Assembly: GCA_963770025.1 (NCBI GenBank) | Contig: CAVYNV010000002.1 | Location: forward strand, 17,818 to 81,817 | Direction: 5' to 3' | Length of the DNA stretch: 64,000 bases | Source: an uncultured Gemmatimonadales bacterium | Lineage (GTDB): Bacteria > Gemmatimonadota > Gemmatimonadetes > Gemmatimonadales > Gemmatimonadaceae | Made by a program: the position numbers and the translations under genes | Notes under the pieces: generated by a model | Databases searched by the model: none | What the model was told of the DNA's origin: nothing | What the model saw: the letters and a program-made list of their open reading frames with translations, nothing else | Shown: one piece after another, positions 11,153-22,806 of the stretch | Numbering within the stretch: position 1 is the first letter of the stretch | Layout: each line of letters begins with the position of its first letter

Positions 11153-13246
11153 ATGCGGATGGTCGTGGCGTGGATGATACCCGCGATCGGCGCCGCAACC
11201 AATGCATTGGTGGCGGGCGCACAGGGATGGAACGACTCCACCGTCCGAGCGCTCATCGACCGGGCCATCGCACGCCGCGCGAACCAGCTCGATTCAACGG
11301 GCCTCGCCGATTACCACGCGCGGGCGCATGGCTACCTCACCTTTCTCGCGCAGGTCGGGCCCGGCTTTCCGGACCCACCGCGGGTGGTCAGGTCGGACGA
11401 GCTCGCCGTGGAAGTCTATTGGCGGGCCCCGGACTTGTCCAAGGAAGTCGTCGTGGGCCGGCGCGACACGCTGCTCCTTCCGGTCGAGGTAGGGTACTAC
11501 CGCGATCGCTTCGGGATCATCGAGGGTGGGCTCGGCGACTCGATTCGGCTGGGCGAGGGGAACGACGTGCGCGGGGTGCCGCATCCGCTGGCACCGGGCG
11601 CCCCGGCTCTGTACGACTACGCGATCGTCGACTCGCTGCGCATCCGCACGCCGCAGTCGACGAGTGATGTCCTCGCGGTGCGCGTGCGGCCGCGGGATCC
11701 CGGTGCACCGCGCGCGGTCGCGACGCTGTACGTCGACCGGGCGAGCGGGGCGCTCGTGCGCCTGTCGCTCACGTTTACACGATCGGCCATCCTCGACCGG
11801 CGGATCGAGAGCCTGTCCGTCACGCTCGAGAACGCGCAGGTGGAGGGACGCTACTGGCTTCCCCACACGCAGCAGCTCGAGGTCGTGCGTACGACGACAT
11901 GGCTCAGCTATCCCGTGCGCGGGATCATCCGCTCGCGCTGGGAGGTGTGCTGCTACGCGATCAACCGAGGTCTCGATCCGCGCATGTTCGGCGGGCCCGA
12001 GGTCGTCGCCGCCCCGACTCCCGTACTGGCGGCGTATCCCTGGCAGGGGCGCGTTCTCGACTCGATCCCGCCCGACGTTCGCGTCGCGACACCGGCAGAC
12101 GTGGAGCAGGCGGAGGCGACGGCGCGATCCCTCATCCGCCAGTCGGCGCTTCCGCATGCGCAGGCGTCCGTGCTCTCCGGACGCGGGATCTCCGATTTCG
12201 TCCGGGTCGACCGCGTCGAAGGGCTCGCGGTCGGCGCCGGCCTGACGCGCGCGCTGGCCGATCCGTGGACGGCGGATATTCGTGGCCGCTACGGCATGAG
12301 CGATCGCGCCGCGAAGGGTGCGGCGAGCGTGTCCTGGCAGGAGCCTGGGGGGGTCGGAATTCGCCTCACGGCGTTCCGTCGGTATGCCGACGCGAGCGAC
12401 GTGACGGAGACATTGACGCTCGCCAACACGCTTGCCGCCGAGCTCGCGGGAGCGGACCGGACGGAGCCGTACGACTCGCGCGGCGCCGAGCTCGTGGCGG
12501 CGGGTCCGGCGCCGGCTGGTTTCCGGTGGCACGCGACCGCCGCGCGCGAGACGCAGGGGCCTCTCGCGGTCCACGCCGATCCCGCCTTCGGGCGGTACGG
12601 TCCGACGATCCCGGCATGGTCGCTGTGGGACACGCGCGCCGCGCTGGGCCTCGACCGCCCGGAGACGCCGGGCCCTCTCGGAACACTGTGGCGGACGCAC
12701 GGGACGATCGACGCCACGTGGTTTCATCGCCGCGACGTCGCGCGGACGGAGCCGGACCCGGTGGTGGGACACGCGTTCTGGTCGGGCGAGGCGGAGCGTC
12801 CGTTCGGGCCGGACCGCCTCGATCTCCGGCTCACGGCGGCGACCGTGCTCGCGCGCGGCGGGCTGGCGGCGACGCCGCCGCAGGATTTGGTCTACCTCGG
12901 CGGACCTGTGTCCGGCCCGGGATACGGGTACCACGAGTTCGCGGCGCAGACGGGCGCGAGTGCCCATGTCGAATGGGGGTTCCCGGTCCCCTTTCCCGCG
13001 ATCGACCTGGGCCATCGATTCGGCGGCGCGTCGCCGCGCACGGCGATTCTGGCCCCGTTCGTTCACGTAGTGTACGTGGATCGCAGCGCGCCGTTCGCGC
13101 CGGCCCGCGAGGGCTGGTACCCCGCCGCGGGCCTCGGGGTACTCACCTTCTTCGATCTGCTCCGGGTCGACGTGGCGCGCGGCCTGCGCGACGGTCGGTG
13201 GACTCTCGCCGTCGACACCGATCGCGCGTGGTGGGGGATCCTATGA
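11153..13246 (+). CDS. hypothetical secreted / outer-membrane-associated protein (697 aa), function unknown
   Basis: This is the 3' part of track ORF 9959..13246. A GGAGG sequence lies 5 nt upstream of ATG 11153. It has a signal-peptide-like N-terminus (MRMVVAWMIPAIGAATNALVAGAQG). The aromatic-rich C-terminus (GLGVLTFFDLLRVDVARGL...AWWGIL) is reminiscent of beta-barrel proteins. I recognise no catalytic motif. Confidence 0.6.
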   Translation: MRMVVAWMIPAIGAATNALVAGAQGWNDSTVRALIDRAIARRANQLDSTGLADYHARAHGYLTFLAQVGPGFPDPPRVVRSDELAVEVYWRAPDLSKEVVVGRRDTLLLPVEVGYYRDRFGIIEGGLGDSIRLGEGNDVRGVPHPLAPGAPALYDYAIVDSLRIRTPQSTSDVLAVRVRPRDPGAPRAVATLYVDRASGALVRLSLTFTRSAILDRRIESLSVTLENAQVEGRYWLPHTQQLEVVRTTTWLSYPVRGIIRSRWEVCCYAINRGLDPRMFGGPEVVAAPTPVLAAYPWQGRVLDSIPPDVRVATPADVEQAEATARSLIRQSALPHAQASVLSGRGISDFVRVDRVEGLAVGAGLTRALADPWTADIRGRYGMSDRAAKGAASVSWQEPGGVGIRLTAFRRYADASDVTETLTLANTLAAELAGADRTEPYDSRGAELVAAGPAPAGFRWHATAARETQGPLAVHADPAFGRYGPTIPAWSLWDTRAALGLDRPETPGPLGTLWRTHGTIDATWFHRRDVARTEPDPVVGHAFWSGEAERPFGPDRLDLRLTAATVLARGGLAATPPQDLVYLGGPVSGPGYGYHEFAAQTGASAHVEWGFPVPFPAIDLGHRFGGASPRTAILAPFVHVVYVDRSAPFAPAREGWYPAAGLGVLTFFDLLRVDVARGLRDGRWTLAVDTDRAWWGIL

Positions 13247-14092
13247 TCGGTCGCGCGCGGTCGGCAGGCAGTAATTGGCGGCGTCGACCGGCGCCGTCGG
13301 CTTGATGCGAATGCTCTTGGCGGGAATGCCGACGTTCACGTGGTAGGGGCGCACGTCCTTGGTCGCGACGGCCACGGCGCCGACCATCGCGTTGCACCCC
13401 ACCCGGACGCCGGCCAGGATGGTCGCGTGGTATGTGATGCGCACGCCATCCTCGAGAATCGTCGTGGCGTCCGTGACGTCCTTCTGGTCGATGATGCTGT
13501 GCGTGTGGCTGTAGATGTTCGCGTAGTCGCTGACCGAGACGTTGTTCCCGAGGATGATCCCGCCGCGGTCGTCGAGAAGGACGTGTCGGTGGATGACGAC
13601 GTCATCGCCGACCTCCATGTTGTAGCCGAAGGAGAACTCGACGTGCTGGAACGCCTTGAAGTTCTTGCCGCAGCGGCGGAAGATGTACGGTGCGAGCAGA
13701 CGGCGCAGGCCGATACCGGCATCGATGTTCTGTCCCCCGACGGCGGTCCGATCGAAGGAGTACCACAGCCAGAGGAGCGGCTTCACGGCCTGGAATCGGG
13801 CATCGTCGCATTCCGCGTAGTACTCGGGCTCGAGCGTCACGTTACGCGGGTCGAGAGCGGCGAGCGCGAGCCGCACGCCGTGGGGCAATTTCGTGTCCGC
13901 GACCGCCGTTTCCCAATTGGCGGCGTATTGTGGATAGCACAACTCCACGAGCGTCCGGCGGCACAGGTCGGATCGGGCGGCGACCGGATCCGGCGCCGGG
14001 GCCGCGAGGGCATCGGCAAGTGCGGCGAGCCACGCGTCGGTGATCGGGCGCGCGGGGCGGGGCCCGAGCTGGCGGAGCGGGCGCAGGGCCAT
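13241..14092 (-). CDS. hexapeptide-repeat (left-handed beta-helix) acyl/acetyltransferase with an unassigned ~120-aa N-terminal domain
   Basis: The C-terminal half shows GDDVVIHRHVLLDDRGGIILGNNVSVSDYANIYSHTH...VRITYHATILAGVRVGCNAMVGAVAVATKDV. The start is ATG 14092 (MALRPLRQLG). The longer track ORF 13241..14647 overlaps engB out of frame. Confidence 0.75.
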   Translation of the reverse strand: MALRPLRQLGPRPARPITDAWLAALADALAAPAPDPVAARSDLCRRTLVELCYPQYAANWETAVADTKLPHGVRLALAALDPRNVTLEPEYYAECDDARFQAVKPLLWLWYSFDRTAVGGQNIDAGIGLRRLLAPYIFRRCGKNFKAFQHVEFSFGYNMEVGDDVVIHRHVLLDDRGGIILGNNVSVSDYANIYSHTHSIIDQKDVTDATTILEDGVRITYHATILAGVRVGCNAMVGAVAVATKDVRPYHVNVGIPAKSIRIKPTAPVDAANYCLPTARDRS

Positions 14093-14103
14093 ATGCGGGA
14101 ATG

Positions 14104-14716
14104 TTAGCGCGTCGCCTCGACGAGGGCGACAACGGCAGCAGCCAGCTCGTCGCGCCCCTCGCCGGTCACGGCGCTCATCGGGATGACCTGGGCCGCATCG
14201 AGTGCGAGGGTCCGGGTCAGGGTCTCGACGGCGCGAGACACCGCGGCCGGCGACAGCGTGTCGATCTTGGTGACCGCAATGACGGTGGGGACGCCCGTCT
14301 CCGCGAGCACGTCCAGCATCAGGCGGTCGTCTGCGCTGGGCTCGCGCCGCACGTCGAGCAGCAGCACCATTCCGCGGAGCATCGGGCTCGACCGCAGATA
14401 CCCGTCGATGAGCGGGCGCCAGCTCGCGCGCGTCGATTTGGCCACGCGCGCATAGCCGTACCCGGGCAGATCGACGAGAACGAACGCGTCGTTGATGCGG
14501 AAGAAGTTGATCTGCTGGGTGCGTCCGGGCGTGCGGCTCACGCGGGCGGCGCCGCTGCGCCGCACGAGGCGATTGATCAGCGAGGATTTCCCCACGTTGG
14601 ATCGTCCCGCGACGGCGATCTCGGGGAGTGACGGGTCCGGGCGCCATCCCCCGGCGTCCGCCATCCCGCCGAGGAAGCTGACGTCCCGGACGGGCAGGGG
14701 ATCCCGGACGGGTGCG

Positions 14717-14730
<14 letters not shown>
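14104..14730 (-). CDS. engB: ribosome biogenesis GTP-binding protein YihA/YsxC (EngB)
   Basis: G1 GRSNVGKSSLIN, G3 DLPGYGYA, G4 TKID. It sits in the conserved position downstream of lon. The start overlaps the lon 3' end by 14 nt. Confidence 0.9.
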
Positions 14731-17134
<2,404 letters not shown>

Positions 17135-17449
17135 GCTGGAAAGCTAACGGACGGTATTCGGTTGCTACGGTGATTGCATTGCGCGCGGGGTAGGGCTGCC
17201 CCTACCAGCCACGGTGATTTCATTACGCCTGATCTCGGGGGGCTCTGCCCCCCGCACCCCCCGAATTTCTTTTTTCTGTTGGGGGCAAGCCCCCAAACCC
17301 CGAAAGGCACACGGTGAATCGCTCAGTGCCTCGCCACTGGCTCTGCCATAGGGACGTACGGGGTTGAAGGGGCTGGCCCCTTCCAAAAAGAATTTCCCCC
17401 TTCCCTCCCGAAGGGAGGGGAGGGGGCAGGGGGAGAGGAGGGAAAAGCC
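17135..17449. repeat. 315-bp intergenic cluster of G/C-rich stem-loops with three copies of an ACGGTGAWT box
   Basis: ACGGTGATT occurs at 17167 and 17211, and ACGGTGAAT at 17311. Hairpins are GGTAGGG-CTGC-CCCTACC (17189-17206), GGGGGGC-TCT-GCCCCCC (17237-17253), GGGGGC-AA-GCCCCC (17281-17294), GAAGGGGC-TG-GCCCCTTC (17366-17383) and a 12-bp stem at 17398-17424. Confidence 0.8.
17381..17424 (-). terminator. rho-independent terminator of clpX
   Basis: On the minus strand: CCCUCCCCUCCC-UUC-GGGAGGGAAGGG (12-bp stem with one G.U), followed by GGAAAUUCUUUUUGG. It begins 25 nt after the clpX stop. Confidence 0.7.
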
Positions 17450-18697
17450 CTACGCTTCCTTCTTCTGTCGCTTCGGGGAGATCTCGAGGAGCGGAGGGGA
17501 GCCGCCGGTCACGGTCGATTCGATGACCTTCACCTCGGTGACATCGTCTCGCGTCGGGAGATCGAACATGATCTCGGTGAGGATCTCCTCGAGAATCGCT
17601 CGCAGGCCGCGCGCGCCGGTACCGCGCTTGAGTGCCTTCTGGGACACCGCTCGCAGTGCACTCTCCTCGAAGGAGAGCTTCACTTCCTCGAGGTCGAAGA
17701 GCTTCGCGTATTGCTTCGTGAGCGCATTCTTCGGCTCCTTGAGGATCCGCACCAGCGCGTCCTCGTCGAGCGCCTCGAGTGGCACCGCGACCGGCAGCCG
17801 ACCCACGAGCTCAGGGATCAGGCCGTAACGGAGCAGGTCATCGGGCTCCACCTCGGCGAAGGGGTTTTTCACCCGCTTCGGGTCGTTCGGTGCGCCTTCG
17901 ATCTTGAGGAAGCCGATCTGCTTCCGACCGGTGCGCGCCTCAATGATCTTCTCGAGGCCGTCGAAGGCGCCACCACAGATGAACAGGATGTCCTTGGTGT
18001 TGATCTGAATGTATTCCTGCTGCGGGTGCTTCCGCCCGCCCTGGGGCGGGACCGAGGCCACCGTGCCCTCGAGGATCTTGAGCAACGCCTGCTGCACACC
18101 CTCGCCCGACACGTCGCGCGTAATACTCGGATTCTCCGACTTGCGCGCGATCTTGTCGATCTCATCGATGTAGACGATTCCGCGCTCGCACTCGGAGACG
18201 TTGAAATCCCCGGCCTGGAGCAGGCGGACGAGGATGTTCTCCACGTCCTCGCCGACGTATCCCGCCTCGGTGAGGGTCGTGGCATCGGCGATCGTGAACG
18301 GGACATCGAGAATCCGCGCGAGCGTCTGTGCGAGGAGGGTCTTTCCGACGCCCGTCGGCCCGATCAGGAGGATATTCGACTTGTCGAGCTCGACCTCATC
18401 ATCCCGGAGCGATGCCGAGTTGATCCGCTTGTAATGGTTGTACACGGCGACGGAGAGTGCCTTTTTGGCACGTTCCTGCCCAATGACATACTGGTCGAGG
18501 ACGTCCTTGATCTCCTGGGGCGTCGGGACTTGCGTAATCGCTTCGGTGACTTCGCGTTCTTCATCCTCCGCCAGGATCTCGTTGCAGAGGGCAATGCATT
18601 CGTTGCAGATGTACACGGAGGGGCCGGAGATGAATTTCCGGACCGAGTCCTTCGACTTACCGCAGAACGAGCAACGCAGATGTTTATCGTGGGTCAT
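17450..18697 (-). CDS. clpX: ATP-dependent Clp protease ATP-binding subunit ClpX
   Basis: Zinc-finger N-terminus CSFCGKS...ICNECI, Walker [19 protein letters not shown], and a ClpX-typical C-terminus. Confidence 0.98.
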   Translation of the reverse strand: MTHDKHLRCSFCGKSKDSVRKFISGPSVYICNECIALCNEILAEDEEREVTEAITQVPTPQEIKDVLDQYVIGQERAKKALSVAVYNHYKRINSASLRDDEVELDKSNILLIGPTGVGKTLLAQTLARILDVPFTIADATTLTEAGYVGEDVENILVRLLQAGDFNVSECERGIVYIDEIDKIARKSENPSITRDVSGEGVQQALLKILEGTVASVPPQGGRKHPQQEYIQINTKDILFICGGAFDGLEKIIEARTGRKQIGFLKIEGAPNDPKRVKNPFAEVEPDDLLRYGLIPELVGRLPVAVPLEALDEDALVRILKEPKNALTKQYAKLFDLEEVKLSFEESALRAVSQKALKRGTGARGLRAILEEILTEIMFDLPTRDDVTEVKVIESTVTGGSPPLLEISPKRQKKEA

Positions 18698-18822
18698 GGC
18701 CGCCGGTCGCCCGGCATCGTCGCGCGCCGATTCCGTTTCGTTTCGGTCACTGGGCGAGAACTAACGCACACCCCAGAAGGGGTCAAGCGCGTCCGTCGGC
18801 CCCGCGATCCGCCGTGCATTCC

Positions 18823-19458
18823 TCACCCCTTGACGACGTCGACGGACTCGTTACGGAGCCGCGTCGGGATCGTATCCTTGGTCACGATCGTATCGATGAT
18901 GCCGTAGGCCTTGGCTTCCGCCGCCGACATGTAATAGTCGCGATCGAAGTCGCGCTCGATCTGTTCGACGGGACGTCCGGTGTGCTTGGACATGAGCTCG
19001 TGCATCTGCGATCGGAGGTACAGGATCTCCTTCGCCTGAATCTGGATATCGGATGCCGTGCCCTGTGTCCCGCCCGATGGCTGGTGCATCATGATCCGTG
19101 CGTGCGGGAGGGTCGACCGCCGACCCGGGCGGCCGCCGGCGAGCAGGAAGCAGCCCATGCTGGCCGCGAGCCCCATACACGTGGTATTCACGGGGGCGCG
19201 CAGGAACTGCATCGTGTCGTAGATGGCGAGTCCGGCCGAGACCGCGCCGCCGGGCGAGTTGATGTAGAGGTGGATGTCGCGCTCCGGATTATCCGCGTCG
19301 AGGAAGAGGAGCTGCGCGATGATGATGTTCGCGACGTCATCCGTGACGGGCGTTCCGAGAAAGACGATCCGGTCCATCAGGAGCCGCGAGAAGATGTCGT
19401 ACGTCCGCTCGCCGCGGCTCGACCGCTCGATGACGTAGGGGGGATATAGCGTCGCCAT
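18823..19458 (-). CDS. clpP: ATP-dependent Clp protease proteolytic subunit
   Basis: [25 protein letters not shown], active-site region AASMG, MIHQP-like MMHQPSGG. I prefer ATG 19458. The track ORF starts at GTG 19464, which overlaps the tig stop. Confidence 0.97.
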   Translation of the reverse strand: MATLYPPYVIERSSRGERTYDIFSRLLMDRIVFLGTPVTDDVANIIIAQLLFLDADNPERDIHLYINSPGGAVSAGLAIYDTMQFLRAPVNTTCMGLAASMGCFLLAGGRPGRRSTLPHARIMMHQPSGGTQGTASDIQIQAKEILYLRSQMHELMSKHTGRPVEQIERDFDRDYYMSAAEAKAYGIIDTIVTKDTIPTRLRNESVDVVKG

Positions 19459-19460
19459 GG

Positions 19461-20729
19461 TCACTCCCGTTCTCCGCTCTCGTTAATCGTGTTATGTGCC
19501 AGCAACCAGCCAAAGACCTTTTCCTCAGTGACGCCCTGCTCGATCTCCCGGAGCCGGCCCGCCTTCTCGAGCGAGGCGTAGATCTCGCTCGGGCTCGCCT
19601 TGCGCTGACGCGCGACCTCCGCGATACGGTCGTCCAGCTCCGCCTCCGTGGCGGTGAGATTCTCCCGCTTCGCGATCGCCTCGACGACGAGATCGCGCCG
19701 CACCTGCCGTTCGGCGACCGGGCGCAGCTCCGTCTCGAAGTGGGCGCGGTCGTCGGCCGGGATCTTGTAGCTCTCGGCGTACGCATCGACCAGACGAGCG
19801 ACCCAGCTCGGGGGCACGTCGAAGGGGTTGGCGCTGATGATCTCGTCGATGAGGCGCTGCCGGACTTCGGCATCCGCATCGCGCGTTGCCTGTTTCGCCA
19901 TGTCCTCCCGTACCGCGGCCGTCAGCGCGGCGACGGAATCAAAGTCGCCCACCTCGCGCGCGAACGCATCGTCGAGGTCGGGGAGGGACTTGCGCTTCAC
20001 GTCGTTGAGGGTCACGCGCACCGTCTTCGTCTGACCGCGCTGCGTCTCGTCCGGGAAGTCGTCGGGCCAGCGCACGGGGCGCTCGATCGTCTGCCCGGGC
20101 ACGGCCTCCATGATCAGCTCTTCGATCCCCGCGATCGCCTGGCCGCCGCCAAGCACGAGCCGATACTCCCGACCCTCGGCGCTCGCAGCGGCCTCGCCCG
20201 GCGCTCCGTCGAGTGTCGCCAGAGTGACGGTGACCATGTCGCCCGGGGCGGGGCGATCCGTGACAGGAGTCCACGACGCCCGCTGGTCCCGCAGGTGATC
20301 GATCTGCTCACGGACGGCATCGTCGCTTACCGGACGCCTGGTCCGCGTGGCGCGAAAGCCGGTCACGCGAGCGAGGTCGACGTCGGGGCGCACTTCCAGG
20401 TGGAGCTCGAACGTCAGCGGCTTGCCATCCTCGAACTTCACCTCGTGCACGTGCGGCTGGGCGGCCGGAGTCAGGTGCTCCTGCTCGATGATCTCCTTGT
20501 ACGCCTCCTGCACGAGCGATTCCAGCGCCTGTTGCCGAATAGCCTGGGCAAACCGCTTGCGCACCACGGCCGCTGGTGCCTTGCCCGGCCGGAAGCCAGG
20601 GAGCCGCACTGTCGACGCATATCGATGAGCGGCCCGGTCTTCCGCGGCGCGGACCCGATCGACCGGAACCGACACCTCGAGCAACCGCTCGACCCCAGTC
20701 GCCTTCTTGGGCGTGATCTGGATCGTCAT
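19461..20729 (-). CDS. tig: trigger factor
   Basis: [22 protein letters not shown]..., [11 protein letters not shown] motif, a PPIase middle region, and an acidic C-terminal arm. The start is ATG 20729, inside track ORF 19461..20861. Confidence 0.93.
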   Translation of the reverse strand: MTIQITPKKATGVERLLEVSVPVDRVRAAEDRAAHRYASTVRLPGFRPGKAPAAVVRKRFAQAIRQQALESLVQEAYKEIIEQEHLTPAAQPHVHEVKFEDGKPLTFELHLEVRPDVDLARVTGFRATRTRRPVSDDAVREQIDHLRDQRASWTPVTDRPAPGDMVTVTLATLDGAPGEAAASAEGREYRLVLGGGQAIAGIEELIMEAVPGQTIERPVRWPDDFPDETQRGQTKTVRVTLNDVKRKSLPDLDDAFAREVGDFDSVAALTAAVREDMAKQATRDADAEVRQRLIDEIISANPFDVPPSWVARLVDAYAESYKIPADDRAHFETELRPVAERQVRRDLVVEAIAKRENLTATEAELDDRIAEVARQRKASPSEIYASLEKAGRLREIEQGVTEEKVFGWLLAHNTINESGERE

Positions 20730-20746
20730 CGCAGGAAATCTAACCG

Positions 20747-20799
20747 CGCGGACCTGCGGTCCGAGAGAGGAGGCAGTAGAGAGTAGAGAGGAGACGCAC
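20747..20799. repeat. direct repeat copy A flanking tRNA-Leu (tig side)
   Basis: cgcggacc-tgc-ggtccgagagaggaggcagtagagagtagagaggagacgcac. It is related to 20903-20987, with the same ends, the same CGGACC...GGTCCG hairpin and the same purine-rich core. Confidence 0.7.
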
Positions 20800-20822
20800 G
20801 GCCGGCGCGTGCGGGACGGCAG

Positions 20823-20903
20823 TGCTCGGGGCGGGACTCGAACCCGCACGTCTTTCGACAAGGGCTCCTAAGACCCTCGCGGCTACCGTTACGCCACCCG
20901 AGC
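20823..20903 (-). tRNA. tRNA-Leu (anticodon UAG)
   Basis: Hand-folded. Acceptor GCTCGGG/CCCGAGC, D-arm GCG-TAACGGTAGC-CGC, anticodon stem AGGGT/GCCCT with loop CTTAGGA, long variable arm TGTCGAAAGACGT, and T-arm GCGGG-TTCGAGT-CCCGC. The discriminator is A and CCA is not encoded. Confidence 0.92.
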
Positions 20904-20987
20904 GCGGACCGCGGGGCGCAGCCCCGCGGTCCGAGAAAGGAGATAGTGGAAAGTAGAGAGGAGAGGGGAAAAAGAAAGGAGACGCAC
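20903..20987. repeat. direct repeat copy B flanking tRNA-Leu (htrA side), expanded version of copy A
   Basis: cgcggaccgcggggcgcagccccgcggtccgagaaaggagatagtggaaagtagagaggagaggggaaaaagaaaggagacgcac. It contains a 13-bp perfect stem CGGACCGCGGGGC/GCCCCGCGGTCCG lying within 2 nt of the tRNA 5' end. Confidence 0.7.
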
Positions 20988-21037
20988 CGGGCAGTGGCCG
21001 GCACGTCTCCTCTCTCCTCTCTGTCCTTCTCCTTTCC
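20948..21037 (-). repeat. long imperfect polypurine/polypyrimidine inverted repeat (about 34-37 nt arms, 19-nt loop)
   Basis: The purine arm is ggaaagtagagaggagaggggaaaaagaaaggagacg (20948-20984). The pyrimidine arm is cgtctcctctctcctctctgtccttctcctttcc (21004-21037). The 8 bp closing the loop are perfect, and the rest pairs with G.U wobbles and mismatches. Confidence 0.6.
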
Positions 21038-21058
21038 AGGCGCGGAGCGCCTTCGCGC

Positions 21059-22627
21059 CTACGCCCCCACGTGCAGCGACACGACTCGGGTCACACTCGG
21101 ATTTCCCTGACCCGCGACAGAATACACGAGAAGTGTCACGTAGTCCCCGTTCTTCACGTTGGCCAGCACGCCCTGCAGGTCGGCCACGTTGTGTACGTCC
21201 TTGCGCGGTTCCGGGTACAGAACCGCCACGATAATGTCACCCGAATACAGTTTGTTGTACGCCGGGCCGGACGAGTTCACATCAGTCACGTGCAAGCCGC
21301 GATCGATGTCCGGAATGTGATTCTCCTGCGCCGCGTCGGTCGTTACCGCCTCGACGGAGATGCCGAGCTTGTCCGTGCTCACGCCGCCATTCGACTCCGA
21401 CGTGCTGTCGGTCGCCTCGGCCAGCTGCGTGTCCGTCGGCGCCTCATGCAGCTTCACATGGAACGTCTTCCGCGCACCGAAGCGGACGATGTCGAGGGTT
21501 ATCGACTCCCCCGGCTGATGCTCTCGCACGATCCGCTGGAGCGTGCTCACGCGGTCGACAGGCTGCCCGTCGGCCGCGACGATGATGTCGCCCACCTCGA
21601 TCCCCGCCTTCTCGGCCGGGCTCGATGCATCGGCGGGCGTGAAGCCACCGACCTTGACGCCGGCAATCGTCTTGAGTCCCGCCGCGCCCGCGTCATCCGG
21701 GTCGACCGGGCTGATCGCGATTCCGAGGACCGCGCGCCGGACCTTGCCATACTTGGTCAGGTCGTCCATCACGCTCTTGGCCAGCGTGATCGGCACCGCG
21801 AAGCCGTAGCCGGAGTAGTACCCGGTCGGGCTGGCGATGGCGCTGTTGATCCCAATGACTTCGCCGTGGATGTTCACCAGCGGGCCACCGGAATTACCCG
21901 GATTGATCGCCGCGTCCGTCTGAATGAAATCCGAGATCGCGTAGTTGTTCCGCATAAGACCGGCCAGGTCCCGGCTATCGCGACCCTTGGCGCTCACGAT
22001 CCCCGCCGTGACCGTGTGGTCCAGGCCGAGCGGGTTGCCGATCGCGAGGACCCACTCCCCGACCTGAGCCTTGGCGTCGTCGCCAAGGGTCACCGTCGGC
22101 AGGTCCTGGGCATCGATCTTGACCAGCGCGACATCGGTCGTCGGGTCACGACCCACGACCTTCGCCTTGAAGATGCGCCGGTCGTTGAGGGTCACGTTTA
22201 CGCGGTCGGCATCGGCCACGACGTGATTGTTGGTAAGGATGTACCCATCGGAGGTGACGATGAATCCCGAGCCGCTCGCCTCCTCGGGAAGCGCCCGTTG
22301 GGGCCCGAACTGATTGAAGAAGTCTTCCAGACCCGGTGGAACGCGGCCGCGCATTCTCGGGTCGGGGGATGCGGCACGCGGATCGCGCGCCGTCTGTATC
22401 GACACGACCGCCGGGGTAACGTGCTCGGCGACCGAGACGAAGGCGTTGCTCAGATCCACGACAGGCTTGACGTCCTTCAACGGCACCTTAGCCGTCGATG
22501 GCGCCGACTGAACGGCCTGCGCGTAGCCGGAATGCGTGAAGTTGAATGAGGACGCGACGATCAGGCCGCCACAAAATGCCACCAGCACGGCGACTGCGAC
22601 GCGCGCGCGAGTAAACAGTCGATTCAT
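21059..22627 (-). CDS. periplasmic serine endoprotease DegP/HtrA family with PDZ domains
   Basis: Signal/anchor N-terminus MNRLFTRARVAVAVLVAF. The catalytic triad context is TNNHVV, DVALVKI and GNSGGPLVN. Two PDZ-like regions follow. The start is ATG 22627, inside track ORF 21059..22672. Confidence 0.93.
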   Translation of the reverse strand: MNRLFTRARVAVAVLVAFCGGLIVASSFNFTHSGYAQAVQSAPSTAKVPLKDVKPVVDLSNAFVSVAEHVTPAVVSIQTARDPRAASPDPRMRGRVPPGLEDFFNQFGPQRALPEEASGSGFIVTSDGYILTNNHVVADADRVNVTLNDRRIFKAKVVGRDPTTDVALVKIDAQDLPTVTLGDDAKAQVGEWVLAIGNPLGLDHTVTAGIVSAKGRDSRDLAGLMRNNYAISDFIQTDAAINPGNSGGPLVNIHGEVIGINSAIASPTGYYSGYGFAVPITLAKSVMDDLTKYGKVRRAVLGIAISPVDPDDAGAAGLKTIAGVKVGGFTPADASSPAEKAGIEVGDIIVAADGQPVDRVSTLQRIVREHQPGESITLDIVRFGARKTFHVKLHEAPTDTQLAEATDSTSESNGGVSTDKLGISVEAVTTDAAQENHIPDIDRGLHVTDVNSSGPAYNKLYSGDIIVAVLYPEPRKDVHNVADLQGVLANVKNGDYVTLLVYSVAGQGNPSVTRVVSLHVGA

Positions 22628-22734
22628 AGCTCTCATCCGCCCATCAAAAGGGTGTAGCCCAACCATCCGCACAAACAGAACAGTATGGTCATTATACCCG
22701 ATGACCCGTCCGGGAGTTTCGTGGGGTGCGGGGC

Positions 22735-22775
22735 GGAGTCTCGGGTGCCGCCCATTCGACGATTCCCGAGACTCC
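22735..22775 (-). terminator. stem-loop downstream of dnaK (11-bp stem GGAGTCTCGGG/CCCGAGACTCC, 19-nt loop)
   Basis: A perfect 11-bp inverted repeat lies 32 nt after the dnaK stop. No U-tract follows it. Confidence 0.4.
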
Positions 22776-22806
22776 GATCCGCGCCGGGCGGCGGTGCGAC
22801 GGCCCG

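Noticed and set aside
17165-17386. 73-aa minus-strand ORF inside the clpX-lon spacer
   Set aside because: It is composed of the G/C hairpin repeats. The sequence is low-complexity, with no RBS and no motif, so I treat it as non-coding structured DNA.
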